Assembly (NCBI GenBank): GCA_963737155.1 | Contig: CAVTRN010000002.1 | Location: forward strand, 1,184,001 to 1,248,000 | Direction: 5' to 3' | Length of the DNA: 64,000 nucleotides | Source: Nitrospirota bacterium | GTDB lineage: Bacteria > Nitrospirota > UBA9217 | In this document: in pieces, positions 19,726 to 31,790 of the stretch | Layout of the letters: each line of letters begins with the position of its first letter | Numbering within the stretch: position 1 is the first letter of the stretch | Position numbers and translations under genes: made by a program | The notes under the pieces: generated by a model | What the model was told of the DNA's origin: nothing | Database searches by the model: none | Seen by the model: only the letters and a program-made list of their open reading frames with translations

Positions 19726-20139
19726 CTACTTCAGCAGCAGCATCGAGAACAAGGCTAGGATAATGCCGATACCCTGCTTCATCGTTATTGTTTCGTTCAG
19801 CAGAATGAACGAAAGGATGATCGAAACAGCAGGATAAAGAGCGGTAAAGGTAATGACAATCGCAGCCTCTCCTCTGCTCATGGCTTGGAGAAAAAGCAGT
19901 CCGCCGAGAGAACTGCATACGCCGGCAACTAGGGCAAAGAACCCTCCTTCAAAATTCAGGGAAAGCGGAAATTGACTCGTTGACAGAATGACGAGAACAA
20001 CCGACAGGGCGCCAAGCGAGGAAATGAAATAGACGCTTCGCGGCAGCATCTGGTTCGTGGCCAGCTTTTGAAACACTCCCCAAAATCCCCACAAAATCAA
20101 GGCAAGCGCTGCGGGTACGAGCCATGGCGTTCTTGTCAT
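19726..20139 (-). CDS. EamA/DMT family small transporter
   Basis: About five TM helices, LWGFWG, ALYPAV, LNETIT..QGIGI. Confidence 0.85.
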   Translation of the reverse strand: MTRTPWLVPAALALILWGFWGVFQKLATNQMLPRSVYFISSLGALSVVLVILSTSQFPLSLNFEGGFFALVAGVCSSLGGLLFLQAMSRGEAAIVITFTALYPAVSIILSFILLNETITMKQGIGIILALFSMLLLK

Positions 20140-20601
20140 CGCCTTTGTCCTCCTCTGATATCATAATGGTTCGATGGAGAAAAAAGCTCCGCCAGAAGCC
20201 GGTATCAAACACCGTGAATGTATGTAGGCTTCACTTGGCGGTGCTTTGCTTAAATGTCACGGCAAAGTAATTTATTCGTCGCAGAAAAGCCAAGCAGGTT
20301 AAGCAAAAGATCAGTACTGTCATCAGATACTAATGCTTTGCCGCCGGCGGGCATTGTTTGAAAATCAGACTCTTTAGCAGGACCAACTATTCTTTGTTAA
20401 AAATATGACAGAAGTGAACATGCAACCACTTTGAGTTAAAGCAATACTTGACTATTTGCTTGCGCCCAGCGCCTTATATCCCTGCTCTGAAGATACTCGG
20501 TCTCACGGCGCGGGTGACAATCTAAAGAACTCTACCCGCCAAGGAAAGGTTACGCTGGCATTATCCAGAAGGGAAGTATTCCCAGGCCCTGTGCATTGAT
20601 T

Positions 20602-21795
20602 TCATAAGCCTGTCCGTTCGCGAGCCTCATATCCCTGCGCTTCCAGGTCCCTGGCTATTTGGTCGAGGTGCTGCTTTCCTCGGATCTCGAGTGTCACGAT
20701 CACCCTGGCCTTTCCGTAAGGAAGTCCACCTGCGAGACGATCATGGATGATATCTAGGACGTTTGCCCTGCGCGCAGCGACAATACCTGTCAATTTGTGC
20801 AGGCTCCCTGCGATATCATCGATCGTCACTTCAATGATGCCAACCCGACCACTTGTTCCCAGACCTTTGCGGATGATCCTGTCCATAATGGTGAAATCAA
20901 CATTTCCGCCGCTCACTATAAGGACCACTCGCTTGTTCCGGTAGCGCTCCTTCATTTCCAGAAATGCTGCAAGCGGGGCCGCCCCCGCGCCTTCGACAAC
21001 CAGCTTCTTCCGCTCGAGGAACAGGAGTATCGACATTGCGATCTTTTCTTCCGAAGCCAGAACCATATCGTCGACGTAGCGCAAAATCAATTCGAAGGTT
21101 TTCTCGCCAAGTCTATTGACCGAAATTCCGTCCGCGATTGAAGGAAGTGGAACCCGGTCCACGATTATTTTGTCCTTGAACGAGAGTGCGGCAGCGGGAG
21201 CGGATTCGGTCTGGACGCCGATTACCGCCGTTCCGGGAGACACGGTTTTGAGTGCCGTTGCGATGCCGGCGATTAGCCCCCCACCTCCGACAGGAACGAA
21301 CACCGCATTAATTTCGCCGAGATCCTCATGAATCTCGATGCCGATAGTCCCCTGTCCTGCTATGACGAGGTCGTCATCAAAGGGGTGGATGAAGATGCTG
21401 TCCTTTTGAGACAGCGCATACTCAAGCGTCTCGCTGAACCGCTCTCCGACGAGATTGACTTCGGCGCCGTAACCCCTAGTGGCTTCTTCCTTGATGATCG
21501 GCACCGTAAGAGGCATGATGATCCGCGCGCGTTTCCCGAGTTTTTGTGCCGCAAAAGCAACGGCTTGGGCATGGTTGCCCATAGACGCCGCGATCACCCG
21601 CTTCTCGCTTACACGGCTCATTTTATTGAATGCGCCGCGCACCTTGAAGGATCCGGTTTTCTGAAGGTTTTCGAGCTTAAGATAAACCTCTGCCCCCGAC
21701 AGTTTGCTGAGTGAGCTCGAATAAAACAACGGGGTCTTATGAATGAACGGCGCCAGGTTCATACGAGCATCTTGTATGTCCTTCAGGGTAATCAT
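20602..21795 (-). CDS. ilvA: Threonine ammonia-lyase with C-terminal ACT domain
   Basis: ENLQKTGSFKVRGA PLP-lysine motif, ASMGNHAQ, PVGGGGL, VSGGNVD, ACT tail. Confidence 0.9.
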   Translation of the reverse strand: MITLKDIQDARMNLAPFIHKTPLFYSSSLSKLSGAEVYLKLENLQKTGSFKVRGAFNKMSRVSEKRVIAASMGNHAQAVAFAAQKLGKRARIIMPLTVPIIKEEATRGYGAEVNLVGERFSETLEYALSQKDSIFIHPFDDDLVIAGQGTIGIEIHEDLGEINAVFVPVGGGGLIAGIATALKTVSPGTAVIGVQTESAPAAALSFKDKIIVDRVPLPSIADGISVNRLGEKTFELILRYVDDMVLASEEKIAMSILLFLERKKLVVEGAGAAPLAAFLEMKERYRNKRVVLIVSGGNVDFTIMDRIIRKGLGTSGRVGIIEVTIDDIAGSLHKLTGIVAARRANVLDIIHDRLAGGLPYGKARVIVTLEIRGKQHLDQIARDLEAQGYEARERTGL

Positions 21796-21910
21796 GGGAT
21801 GCCTTTCCGAGGATGCAATTGAACCGGGTGAGAATAACCGTTCCTAAAAACATAGTATTTTATTTCTCATAACTATGACGGCAGCCGAACAGTGCTGCTG
21901 CCGGTTAACG

Positions 21911-23523
21911 TCAGGGATTCCCGCTCTGATTCGCCCAAGTCCCGTTGTTTGTTGATCGGGATTGCTTCCGGCGCCTTTTCAGTAAGACTGCTGCTGGCAG
22001 GTGGCCCGGAGAATTGCGCTGTCGACGGGGTGATGGCTTCTTCTGCAATTCAGCGCAGCCTGGGGAGTCCTGTAAGGACCGTCGTTGGTAGAGACTGTGA
22101 TGATTTCCACAACCTCCCCGAGTCTTCATCTTGCTCCAAAACTTCCAGATGTGCTCCTCTCGATTCCTTACAGGTAGAGGGGAGGCGGTTCTGCCTGGTA
22201 TGGGAGACTCGGGATATCCTTGAACTCTTCTCGCGATAGCAAGCGCCGCTGCTTCATGCGGCGAGATGCCATGAAAAGACATGGGTCAAGCATGTTTAAA
22301 AAGGTGGAATAGGCGAACCCGGACAGCATCCGCGCATACGTTACTCCCTGTTCCTTAAGAGATGCTTTCTTCTTTTCGAAGTCAAGAGTTTCATGAGCGA
22401 CGGGTTTCCCGGTTTTAATTGACCGGTCGATAATGCCGACGCAGATATCACCGTAAGTTGCCTTGGTCTGTTCCGTGGTTCTGTCTTTTATACATGCAGG
22501 ATACGTTGTGTGCCAGACAAGATTGCCGAACCGGTCAGTCTCGGAAACAGCAATCTCTTTTTCGTTTGCATCTACGCCAATACATCCGATTTCTTGCGGT
22601 TTCCCGGTAATTGTTTCTCTTTGGGGGATATCAACTGAAGAATACAGATACCAACCCTTCTCGCCACGGACAAACCGGTGGGTGATTGCCTGGCTGCGCA
22701 GGAGTGCCTGCTCAATATATTCCTGCCCGTAAGGATATGTTACGGTAGGCACCATGATGTGTTTACCGTATTTTTTGGCAAGATAGTTTGGGACCCGTAT
22801 CCTGAGCGACCCGTCGATGCCAAGCGTGCAGGTCTGGTTGCCGGCCGTTTCATCCTTCGATCCCAGACAAAACGATGAAGAGCTTCGGGCAGCCTTCCAG
22901 GCAGACAGCCAGTTATTGTGGGATTTATAACCGTTTTCAGAAAGGTTAAACTGCTTGTGGAAAAGTTTCTTTGTCCCAAAGCAAATCCTGATTCGGCCTT
23001 TGTCCAAATCGTATTTCAGCTTTTCCAGTTTCTGCTCCGATGAATGGAGCTTCCGTTTTTTGTTATGGACCGCAAACCGGAGAGACTTCACGCTGGTCGT
23101 TTTCTCATATTCGGACAATTCCGTGTCTTTGCGTATGTCAATGATACTGTTCTCTCTGGTTTTAATCCATTTTCTCGCAGATTTTATTTTGTGCTCGAGC
23201 TTTTCAATCCGTAGTTTTAATACCTCAACCGCGGAGCTGATATTGCCGTCAAGATCGTAGCGGATAGCGTTAAACTGCCGGGCGGTGATACCATACCTGA
23301 CAAGATACTCATTTTTGAATGAAATGGGTTTGTTGCCGGAACGAACGCTGTCTTTAAAGAGAGAGCGTTTGATGTGCCCGTATGAGTCGCCGATATCGTC
23401 AAGAACATGATAAAGAGACTTCTTTGTGTCCAGGTAAGACATGTCAATCAGCAAAGTTTGAGCGGTAAAAGAAAGTGCTTCACTTTTGCCGCTCTTGCCC
23501 ATTTTATCCTTATTACTTGCCAT
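21911..23523 (-). pseudogene. tnpB: IS607-associated TnpB-related protein, broken by a deletion/frameshift at ~22283
   Basis: RuvC-I CIGVDAN and RuvC-II AHETLDF are present. After FLNMLD the frame shifts to MSFHGISPHEAAALAIARR, and the usual VNPAYTS-type segment is missing. Confidence 0.8.
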
Positions 23524-24079
23524 TTTCCATGGCCTCCAGAGCTTTTTTTGCTTTATTGGCCGCTGACCGGCGTCCGTAGAGCCTTGCGCAAAACGATGTC
23601 AATACTTCAATCATGTCCAGCACCAGATCGTCCTTACGTTCGGTCTGGTCTACAATAATAAGTTGACGACCTTGAGCTCGAAGTGCCGATTCTACATACT
23701 CAGATCCAAACCGCATAAGCCGGTCACAATGCTCGATGACAATAATACTGACGTTGGAGTCGGCAAGCAGCTTCATGAGTTTTGGCCTGTGCCCATTAAG
23801 ACCAGATCCAACCTCAGATACCGCTTTTGAAACTGACAACCCTTTGGAAGCGGCATATACGGAAAGCCGCCCGAGCTGCCCGTCCAGGTCTTTCTTTTGG
23901 TCATGACTGGATACCCGGGCATAAAGAGCAACAGAACCTTGGGCAGTTTTCTGCTCTTTTATAATGATGGTTCCGGTAGGCATCTGCTCAGCCTCAACCG
24001 GCAGCTTGCCAGCCTTCCACCATTTCCATGCCGCTTGATAGGTTATACCTTGTTGCTTTGCCCATACGCTTAGCTTCAT
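23513..24079 (-). CDS. tnpA: IS607-family transposase (serine recombinase with N-terminal HTH)
   Basis: MKLSVWAK..GITY HTH, YARVSS catalytic Ser, EVGSGLN, DRLMRFG, FCARLYG; ORF intact. Confidence 0.95.
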   Translation of the reverse strand: MKLSVWAKQQGITYQAAWKWWKAGKLPVEAEQMPTGTIIIKEQKTAQGSVALYARVSSHDQKKDLDGQLGRLSVYAASKGLSVSKAVSEVGSGLNGHRPKLMKLLADSNVSIIVIEHCDRLMRFGSEYVESALRAQGRQLIIVDQTERKDDLVLDMIEVLTSFCARLYGRRSAANKAKKALEAMENGK

Positions 24080-25329
24080 AAATACATTATATCATATAAA
24101 ATTATATTATACAATATAAATATTAACAGTATTCCACCCTCATACAGAACCAAAGTACGTGTTCATGGGCCATTGAAACATTGATGAAAATCCCGTTGCG
24201 CCCAGGCCGATAGTTTCTGGCCTCGCTCCGCAGTGAACGCAAGAACCTTTTATTAAAAAATATAGAACTTATTTACCGTATTATTGCTGAACTTGAAACC
24301 ATTAAAAGCGATTCTGATGCCCCGCAATGCTTTAGTCTTTAATGCGTTTAATTTATGTTCATCTTATACTGCACGTTATGGCTTGTCAAGGTTAGTGGAT
24401 AAATCCTCTGCGATTTGGAGAAAAAACCGGGAAAAGTACTGATGATGTTGCCATGCTAAGACCTAGTGCGGAAAAACCACGAAAACATCTTCTCCAATCA
24501 TAGCTGGTTCGAATAAATGCTTTGATTTAGGAAAGGTACGAGAATGTTGTAAAGGTCGATGAGATGAAATAAATTTGTTACTACAAAAGCTTCAATCTGT
24601 CAAAAGGATGATCATGCGGACAGGATGGGGTGCAAAAAACGTCGGTTGCTTCGATTGCGGCGGAGATTGTCAATGTCTCAGGAGGTGGCCATTTTTGCAC
24701 ACATTATGAAAATTGTCGTGCCCTGGACGTAGACGTACTAGCGCAATACGATGAGTGCAGCAGGGGAGCTGCCATCAAATATAGGATAAACTCCTCACAC
24801 ACGGCAAGATTGTTTGCGTGCGCTGGATGAACAGCTCGCAAAAGGGCGGGAGGCGCTAAGGAAGTTCAGCTATGCTGAAAGGCAGGAGAACACACGGGCT
24901 ATGCTATTGTAAAGGTGAAGGACCATAGGGAGGCGGCCCGTGGCCTTGTTACCGGAATCATTCTGAATATAACGAGGATCATTGACGTTGCCATTTTAGC
25001 TCCTGAAGCAGTCAAATCGCTGCACACAAAAACTGTTTGGCAAAGATCGCCAAGACGAAAGGACGGTCCTGTACGGATGAGATTCTTAATCATCGGGACT
25101 TTATTGTTTCAATGCGGCAGGCGTGAAGCAGTATTCGGGGGGGCATCCTTGACATGTTGCCAATGTGGTGATAGGTATTAAAAAAATGGGATGATTCGTT
25201 CAAGCCTAGCTTTTATCAAGACGGGGCGGAAAGAAGCGGAACCTTACTCTCCGGCAATCTGCATTGCAGCTAGGCGGACGGATGATATGAGACTTCGCAT
25301 GTCTATTTTAATTCTGAGAGGAGAAAACA

Positions 25330-26304
25330 ATGGCTACTGTCGAAGAAAAAAGAAAACTGTGAAACCATCGCCCGACTTCCCCTTCGAGAGAAGATACGTC
25401 TCTGTTGGAGGATATCGGATCGGTTACGTAGAATCGGGGGAAGGAGACCCTGTCCTTTTTATCCATGGAAATCCTACCTCATCCTACCTGTGGAGAAATA
25501 TCCTTCCTAAGGTAGCCAGCGACACCGGCTGCCGGGGGATTGCCCTCGACTTGTTGGGGTTCGGCGGATCGAATAAGCCCGTTGAGGTGGACTACAGCAT
25601 CCGGCTTCATGCCGATATCGTCAAAGGTTCCATCGAACAACTAGATATAAAGAAGCTTGTCCTTGTGCTTCATGGTTGGGGTGGTCCGCTAGGTGCTGCT
25701 TACGCAATAAACCATCCCGAAAATATTCGAGGTATTGCATTTATGGAGACTTTCCTTTGGCCTCTCGTGTGGAAAGATTTCGGCAACCATGCGGCGGGGG
25801 TCAAGTTGTTCCGCTCACCGTTAGGGCGCCTGCTGATCCAGGTTATGAACATATTCGTGAATTATGTGATGCATGCGGTGGTCATGCGAAAGGACAATAT
25901 GACGGAGGAAGTTATGCATCATTACCGCGAACCGTTCACGACCATCGGTTCACGCAAAGCTATCAGGGCTTTTTCAAAACTCCTTCCCATTGAAGGCAAA
26001 CCGATGGATAGCGATGCATTCCTCGAGGATATTCAGCAAAGACTTCAGATCATTAAGGCCCGGTTCTCTGGATTAAGGCAATTCCGGGTTACCTGCTCTC
26101 GAACGACGCAGAATACCATCTGCATCTTCTCTAGGGCCAGCTTCCTCAACTTACCATCAAGGACTTTGGCCCAAGCCTCCATTATCTTCAGGAGGAGAAG
26201 CCGGAAAGGTTGCTGATCTGATCACGGAATGGCTGCGCCAGAGCAAGATGGACGGCGAGGAATGGAAATATGTGAAGCCGAAAATCTTCAGACATGCGGC
26301 ATGA
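25330..26304 (+). pseudogene. Haloalkane dehalogenase-like alpha/beta hydrolase pseudogene
   Basis: FIHGNPTSSYLWRN and DLLGFG motifs. Nucleophile motif reads HGWGG instead of HDWGG. Frameshifts near 25345, 26058 and 26207 plus an in-frame TAG; HYLQEE lies in a shifted frame. Confidence 0.8.
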
Positions 26305-26518
26305 TAGTCTACAGTGACTGTCGGGAAAGCATCTGTTGCAGTTCCGTAAGCATGTCTCTCTTTCCTTGAGATGCGATTGAACGCTGTCACTTAGGCCTTA
26401 TTTTCAAATTCCATTGAATATAATATGTCGTAAATGTTGCTATTACACAATTAAATATTGAATAGTTGAGAAGCCTGAGAATGTCTGTTCATCCATAAAA
26501 ACGTGCAGTGCAAACGGC

Positions 26519-27055
26519 CTATTTGCCATGGCCAGAGTGACCTCCTCCGGAAGCATCGAGGTTCAGCTCGACGTTTCTGTCCAGTGTTATGTATGTTATC
26601 ACCTTCCCGTTCTTCAGGGAGTAGGAGATGTTCAGTACATCGGCTTGGCCGAGTTCATAAGGAATATACAACGGCCGTATTTCATAGCCGATGGTACCGC
26701 CGCTGTCATCGGGAATCCTGCGAAGAGGGGTTTGCCAGACATCATAGGTACTGCATCTCAGGAAGGACTTGGCTTTTGCGAGCGCCTGCTCGGCACTTAG
26801 TCCTTTTATCGTCTTATAGGAGGCGTCAAGATCGAATATTTCTAGCGGGTATTTGCTTCCCTCTTCAACGGCAAAGGCTGCGTTTTTAACATCAGAGGGA
26901 TAGAAGCAGCCATAGAGGAGGAGAGTATAGGTCCCTCTCATTTCAGCGGGGATCGCTGCCTCGGGAATCAAGCGCTTCCCGGGAACACAAGCGCCCACCG
27001 CTATAGTTAGCAACAAGACTACTGATACTGAAACAAATGGGCTGATCTTTATCAT
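26519..27055 (-). CDS. Putative lipoprotein
   Basis: Hydrophobic signal ending VGA-C; GAGGTG RBS. Confidence 0.7.
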   Translation of the reverse strand: MIKISPFVSVSVVLLLTIAVGACVPGKRLIPEAAIPAEMRGTYTLLLYGCFYPSDVKNAAFAVEEGSKYPLEIFDLDASYKTIKGLSAEQALAKAKSFLRCSTYDVWQTPLRRIPDDSGGTIGYEIRPLYIPYELGQADVLNISYSLKNGKVITYITLDRNVELNLDASGGGHSGHGK

Positions 27056-27853
27056 GCTCATCCACCTCATTACCGATTTCGAAAATGTGTTTGTAGGCCA
27101 TCTCGACTCAAATATATTATACCTCTTCGATTTACTGGAGTACATGAACGTTCAACGTCAAAGAAGTTATCATACTTTAGATCGAAATAGATCACTTCCC
27201 ATAATGATTATTGACCTTGGGCTCGATTTCCGTCTGATGATATACACTACCTTGGTAGGTCAGGCTCTTGTCCGGGAAATCAAGTCTGTCAGGGAGCTGT
27301 TGACTCACTGACCCGCTAAAAGGCTCGTTAAAAAATATTTAACAGAGATATCGTAAAATAGAATGACGCTGTAAACCGACAAGCGGGTGCTTGTAACAGA
27401 CGATTCCCGGACGAAAAAAATGCTTCCTATTTACCATCAGGTCAAATGGGCGCCGCGGACGGAAGATAACCGAGGCGGTGGACAACGCATACGCTCTGGA
27501 ACGGGGTGGAAGATGCAGCAGGTAAATTTGATACTTGCGGTTGTCTATATGTCCGAAGTGGACTGCGTCGGGCAGAATGGGCGGAACATAAGACATTGAC
27601 GCGGGAAATGCCGAACATCGGCATCACCACACGGGCAGCGCGATAGGATATTGGAGCAAACGATACTTTTACGGAGCCGGTTGATATTCGCAGTTCCGGT
27701 GGGCAGAGGAACGCGACTGTATGACGGGAATTATGTCTCCCAAAGTCAATTCAAAGTGAATTTGCAAAAAATGATAAACTAATAATATATAGCCAGTAAG
27801 GTTCAAAGTGAATCTTAATGACGTGCAATCGTTCGGAAAGGGGATTTGCCGAT

Positions 27854-28270
27854 ATGTCAAAAAATCGATTAGTGAAGCTGATTCTGCTTCTGGTCTTGTC
27901 AGCCCTGGTTACAACAAGTTGTTATCGTACGCCTGAACAGCGGGCGGAATATATTGTCAAGCGCATGTCGACGGATTTGAAGTTGAACAATGCTCAGACG
28001 GCTCAGTTGGAGAAGATCAAAGACGAGTTTATGGCCAGGCGGCCTGGAATGGTAAAAATGCGTGAAGAGACAGTGGAAGAATCGAACGATCTGATGAGAA
28101 GTCCAGAAATAGACAAGGCTAAACTGGACGCTCTGACTGAGAAAAACATTGCGCAGGCTGCTGATATGATCCGGTTTATCTCCGCGAAATTTTTAGAGAT
28201 TCACGACATGCTTACCCCGGAACAGAGAGAGAAACTGGTATCTAATATCGAGAAATACACGAATCACTGA
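27854..28270 (+). CDS. Spy/CpxP-family periplasmic protein (lipoprotein-like)
   Basis: Signal peptide with TTS-C; LNNAQ and LTPEQR (LTXXQ) motifs. Confidence 0.8.
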   Translation: MSKNRLVKLILLLVLSALVTTSCYRTPEQRAEYIVKRMSTDLKLNNAQTAQLEKIKDEFMARRPGMVKMREETVEESNDLMRSPEIDKAKLDALTEKNIAQAADMIRFISAKFLEIHDMLTPEQREKLVSNIEKYTNH

Positions 28271-28949
28271 CGGGGGGAAAGTCGGACCGGGGAAGTGAGC
28301 TAATGAAGATCGTCTAGTAAAGAACACTCATCATTAATTCTATTGTTCCTCAATAGAATCTGTGGTTGAAAAGTAGGCATTTTAGGAAAAATCCCGCATT
28401 CCAACATAGCTATTATGCTGATTGAGCGTTGCCTTGACAGTGCATTAACCATTGCAGTATTCATTACTGTTTGCAATGTAGATTAATTCTGACTGTGACA
28501 TTTGTTGGCCTATTCTACCGTGATAAAATATGCAAAGCATCCATAAATACAGAATAAACACAGATTCGATGAAATAAATATTGGTGTACTCACCGGAGGA
28601 GGCATTACTATTACTTGGCTGAACTTCAGTATTAGTGACAACGGGCAAAATAGCGGATGGGCTTCTCCAGTCATATTCTTACGCTGTGTAACAACAGAAG
28701 GTAGTTGTCTTTGGCATCGAGTTTATTTAGTTGCCTAACTAGTGTACATAATGCATTGCCATCAGCATATTGGAAAAATGATTCGTTTGCTCAGGACGAT
28801 CCGATGCCTTAAGTATGGGAATAACTCATTCTGAGCGCGTGTAAAAGGTGAAGTAGGGGGAGCTGCAGAACGCAGTTGATGGAAAACGCAAAAAGCGTTA
28901 CAATGCCTTCGTGGTTGATATTGCCGTAGGCTCTAAAGTGGAGGTAACA

Positions 28950-29498
28950 ATGCCGAGAGTGGCAGTTATTCTCGCCGATGGTTTCGAGGAAGTAGAAGCA
29001 GTAGCTATCATTGATGTACTGCGTCGAGCCGAGATAGATACGGTAATAGCAGGCCTGCATGATGGCAATGTTACGAGCGCGCGTAAGGTGAGGGTCATTC
29101 CGGACACGGTGATCGACACGGTGCTGGCCGACGATTTCGATATGATCATTTTGCCGGGCGGTCAACCGGGTTCGGACAATCTGAATACGGACACACGGGT
29201 GAAGGAACTGGTCAGGCAGTTCTCACTGAAGGGCAAAGTCACAGCCGCAATATGCGCGGCACCCTATGTGCTGGCAAACGCGGGTGTGCTTGCGGGAAAG
29301 CATGTAACTTCCTACCCTACGTATAAGGACCGCCTTGGTGGCGGTATCTATGAGGATACTCCCGTGGTCATTGACGGGAATGTATTGACCAGCAGGGGCG
29401 CGGGCACAGCGCTCGCATTCGGGATAGCAATCGTCGAAAAACTAGTCGGCCTTGAAAAGGCAATGAGGATTAAGGATGACATGCTGATTGCCCCGTGA
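28950..29498 (+). CDS. DJ-1/PfpI family protein (YajL/ThiJ-like)
   Basis: LADGFEEVEA, ILPGG, AAICAAP catalytic Cys, TSRGAGT. Confidence 0.92.
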   Translation: MPRVAVILADGFEEVEAVAIIDVLRRAEIDTVIAGLHDGNVTSARKVRVIPDTVIDTVLADDFDMIILPGGQPGSDNLNTDTRVKELVRQFSLKGKVTAAICAAPYVLANAGVLAGKHVTSYPTYKDRLGGGIYEDTPVVIDGNVLTSRGAGTALAFGIAIVEKLVGLEKAMRIKDDMLIAP

Positions 29499-29505
29499 TT
29501 GCTGT

Positions 29506-30189
29506 TTACTGCGTGGCCCCTTCCAGATGTAATCCTGTTTCGAAAGAATTGTTTCCGAGCGGTTTGGTCCAGCGCACGGACGCAGGGCGTGAGGGATGTG
29601 TTTTATCGGAATGAATTATGGTGACGGTCTGATGTAACCATAAGGGCGTAGAGACTTTTAAGCCGAGACCGGAAGGGCTGCAATTCATGGCAACACCGGT
29701 TTCGATGTCGGAGGTTGGGGCCGTTTGGAATGAAATCTTGAGATTGCAGGGTTGACGTTTTTCATTTCTGGCGAGACCCAGAGGTTTCGAAAGGTCCATG
29801 CGCTGTTCGCACTGGTCAAACCACATCGCAAGCCGAGAAAAGTTGATGGGCTTCTCGAAAATCGTATAGCCCAGTTGCTTCAGGTTGGACCGGTTGAGTC
29901 CGTCGAAAGAGCCGATAATGAGCGCTATATTCATCGGTGTGAATTTGCAGTGTTGCGCTGTTAGCATTTTGATCAGTTCGGTGCCGGCCATTTTGGTTAT
30001 GCTGAAGTCAATGAGCATGATGTCGGCACAAGGATATTTAATGTTGCACTCTGCATTGTCCATGTACACCGGGCAAATTAAAGGTTCTCGGTATGCAAAG
30101 AAGTCATAACCGCGCAGACCGAGAAACATTTTTAGAAGACCCGTAATGACTACATCGTCTCCAAAAATAATAGCTCGTTTTCTTCTCAT
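29506..30189 (-). CDS. Receiver-like domain plus PilZ domain protein
   Basis: REC-like N-terminus (FGDD, MLID, FEKP) with a Cys-rich insert; PilZ motifs RNEKR and NCSPSG. Confidence 0.75.
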   Translation of the reverse strand: MRRKRAIIFGDDVVITGLLKMFLGLRGYDFFAYREPLICPVYMDNAECNIKYPCADIMLIDFSITKMAGTELIKMLTAQHCKFTPMNIALIIGSFDGLNRSNLKQLGYTIFEKPINFSRLAMWFDQCEQRMDLSKPLGLARNEKRQPCNLKISFQTAPTSDIETGVAMNCSPSGLGLKVSTPLWLHQTVTIIHSDKTHPSRPASVRWTKPLGNNSFETGLHLEGATQ

Positions 30190-30419
30190 AATTCACTCCC
30201 GCGCCAGGACGAAAACCCGGTTCACTATGTCTGGTGCGAAATGGTAATTATTTTTCAAGTATTTACCCTATAGGGATTCCAAATGTTTGAACGAATATAA
30301 GTCACGGCTAAATTAAGTATAGATATCGGCTTTTGGCCTGTCAAGGCAATGCCGTTTATTACTTATCTCGATCTAATAGCCCGTAATCTACATAATACTG
30401 GGCACGGAAAATACTTTCT

Positions 30420-31508
30420 ATGATTATAGCTCGAAGGGTTGCTCTGTTCTTATTATCTGTAAATGCTTTTGTCCTTCTCGGTTGTGCGCATTTTACCGTG
30501 CCGCCTCCCGAAGCGCATGTTAAACCGGTTGCGGAGTTTGTTGTTGAGGACTCCACAATTAACGTGCCAGTCAGTCTGTCACTGAATTCTCTTCCAAATA
30601 TTATCAGCGGAATACTTCCGCCGAGCAAGGAAAGTGATGACAATAAAAGTGAAAACACTTCGATTAGCGGGATTCGGAGATTTCTGAACAGGCAAATTGC
30701 GAAAATTGACGACAGGGTTGCGAACAGCAATTTTATACAGGAGCGGGCATCTGAAACCTGGGACGCACTGCAAAATCCGATTCCGCTTACCGACAATCTA
30801 GAGCTTTTGCTGAACCCTCAATCGGTGCATGTTTCTTCCCCCTCCGTGCAAGGTAAGCAGGGAGATACACTTGCCGTAGTCATCGGTCTTGTTGCCAGAC
30901 CGAAAATTATTGCCAACAATATGCCGCACCCACCAACTCGGCCAGTTCCTCATTTATCCACTGCTCCGTCAGGGAACGGTTTTCACATTGAATTGGAGAG
31001 CGATCTTTCCTATGATATTGTAAGCAGCGAACTTGCTAAAAGACTGGAGGGCCGGGTCTTTACCAAAGACGGCAGCAGAATAAGAATTGGAAGTGTAAAG
31101 GTCTATGGCTCTGGTGAATCGGCTGTCTTGCAAGTAAGAATCACTGGAACCATGAACGGTACAATTTATCTGAAAGGCACGCCGGCGTATGATGAGCTGT
31201 CCAGGCGCTTGTACATCCGGGACCTGGATTACACGATGGAGACAAGACAGGTTCTCGTTAAGGCTGGCGATTGGATGTTTCATACCCGACTTCGAGAGAG
31301 CCTGGAAAATGAAGCAAAATGGTCGATCGGTGAAAGACTAGACGGGCTCAGCGGCCTTCTTACAAAAGCGATGAATCGCAAGTTGACTCAACATGTTGCA
31401 ATCAGCGGTACAATTTGTTCTATCCGACCCGTTGCCGTCGGCTTAACCGATACCGCCCTAAAGGCCGTTCTTGTTCTTGATGGGACCGCGGAGTTGAACG
31501 TATTTTAA
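30420..31508 (+). CDS. DUF4403-like lipoprotein
   Basis: Lipobox LLG-C; STINVPVS, W..LQNPI, GTIYLKGTPAYD pattern. Confidence 0.7.
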   Translation: MIIARRVALFLLSVNAFVLLGCAHFTVPPPEAHVKPVAEFVVEDSTINVPVSLSLNSLPNIISGILPPSKESDDNKSENTSISGIRRFLNRQIAKIDDRVANSNFIQERASETWDALQNPIPLTDNLELLLNPQSVHVSSPSVQGKQGDTLAVVIGLVARPKIIANNMPHPPTRPVPHLSTAPSGNGFHIELESDLSYDIVSSELAKRLEGRVFTKDGSRIRIGSVKVYGSGESAVLQVRITGTMNGTIYLKGTPAYDELSRRLYIRDLDYTMETRQVLVKAGDWMFHTRLRESLENEAKWSIGERLDGLSGLLTKAMNRKLTQHVAISGTICSIRPVAVGLTDTALKAVLVLDGTAELNVF

Positions 31509-31790
31509 CCGGATGGAACGCGAAACCCCTTGGGGATTGAGTGGAATGTTGAGATCTTGACTGTAATTATACAAGTTTCCGAAGTCGGATGCCGTTGATG
31601 GCTCCTGTGCTGCAGGTCATTTGGCCCTATATTGCCCCGGGAGAAAGGAGCTGGTCCACACGAACCGGCGCTGTAAAGACAAAGTAATAAACAGATGACT
31701 TGTCATCTCCCTCTGTGCCATTACCCCTCCTGCGACATCTGCTACAATTAAGACAGGTTGGCTTACAAAACAAGCGTGAGCAAGAAGTCT

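Larger units (their letters stand above)
21838..24135 (-). mobile_element. IS607-family insertion sequence (serine recombinase tnpA plus tnpB)
   Basis: tnpA overlaps tnpB. AT-rich left end has repeated ATATAA units. Right end has a GC-rich hairpin and ends AGGAACGG; both ends abut GG. Left boundary is approximate. Confidence 0.85.

Noticed and set aside
21838-24135. IStron (group I intron-IS607 chimera)
   Set aside because: Only ~55 nt separate the left end from tnpA, leaving no room for an intron core.
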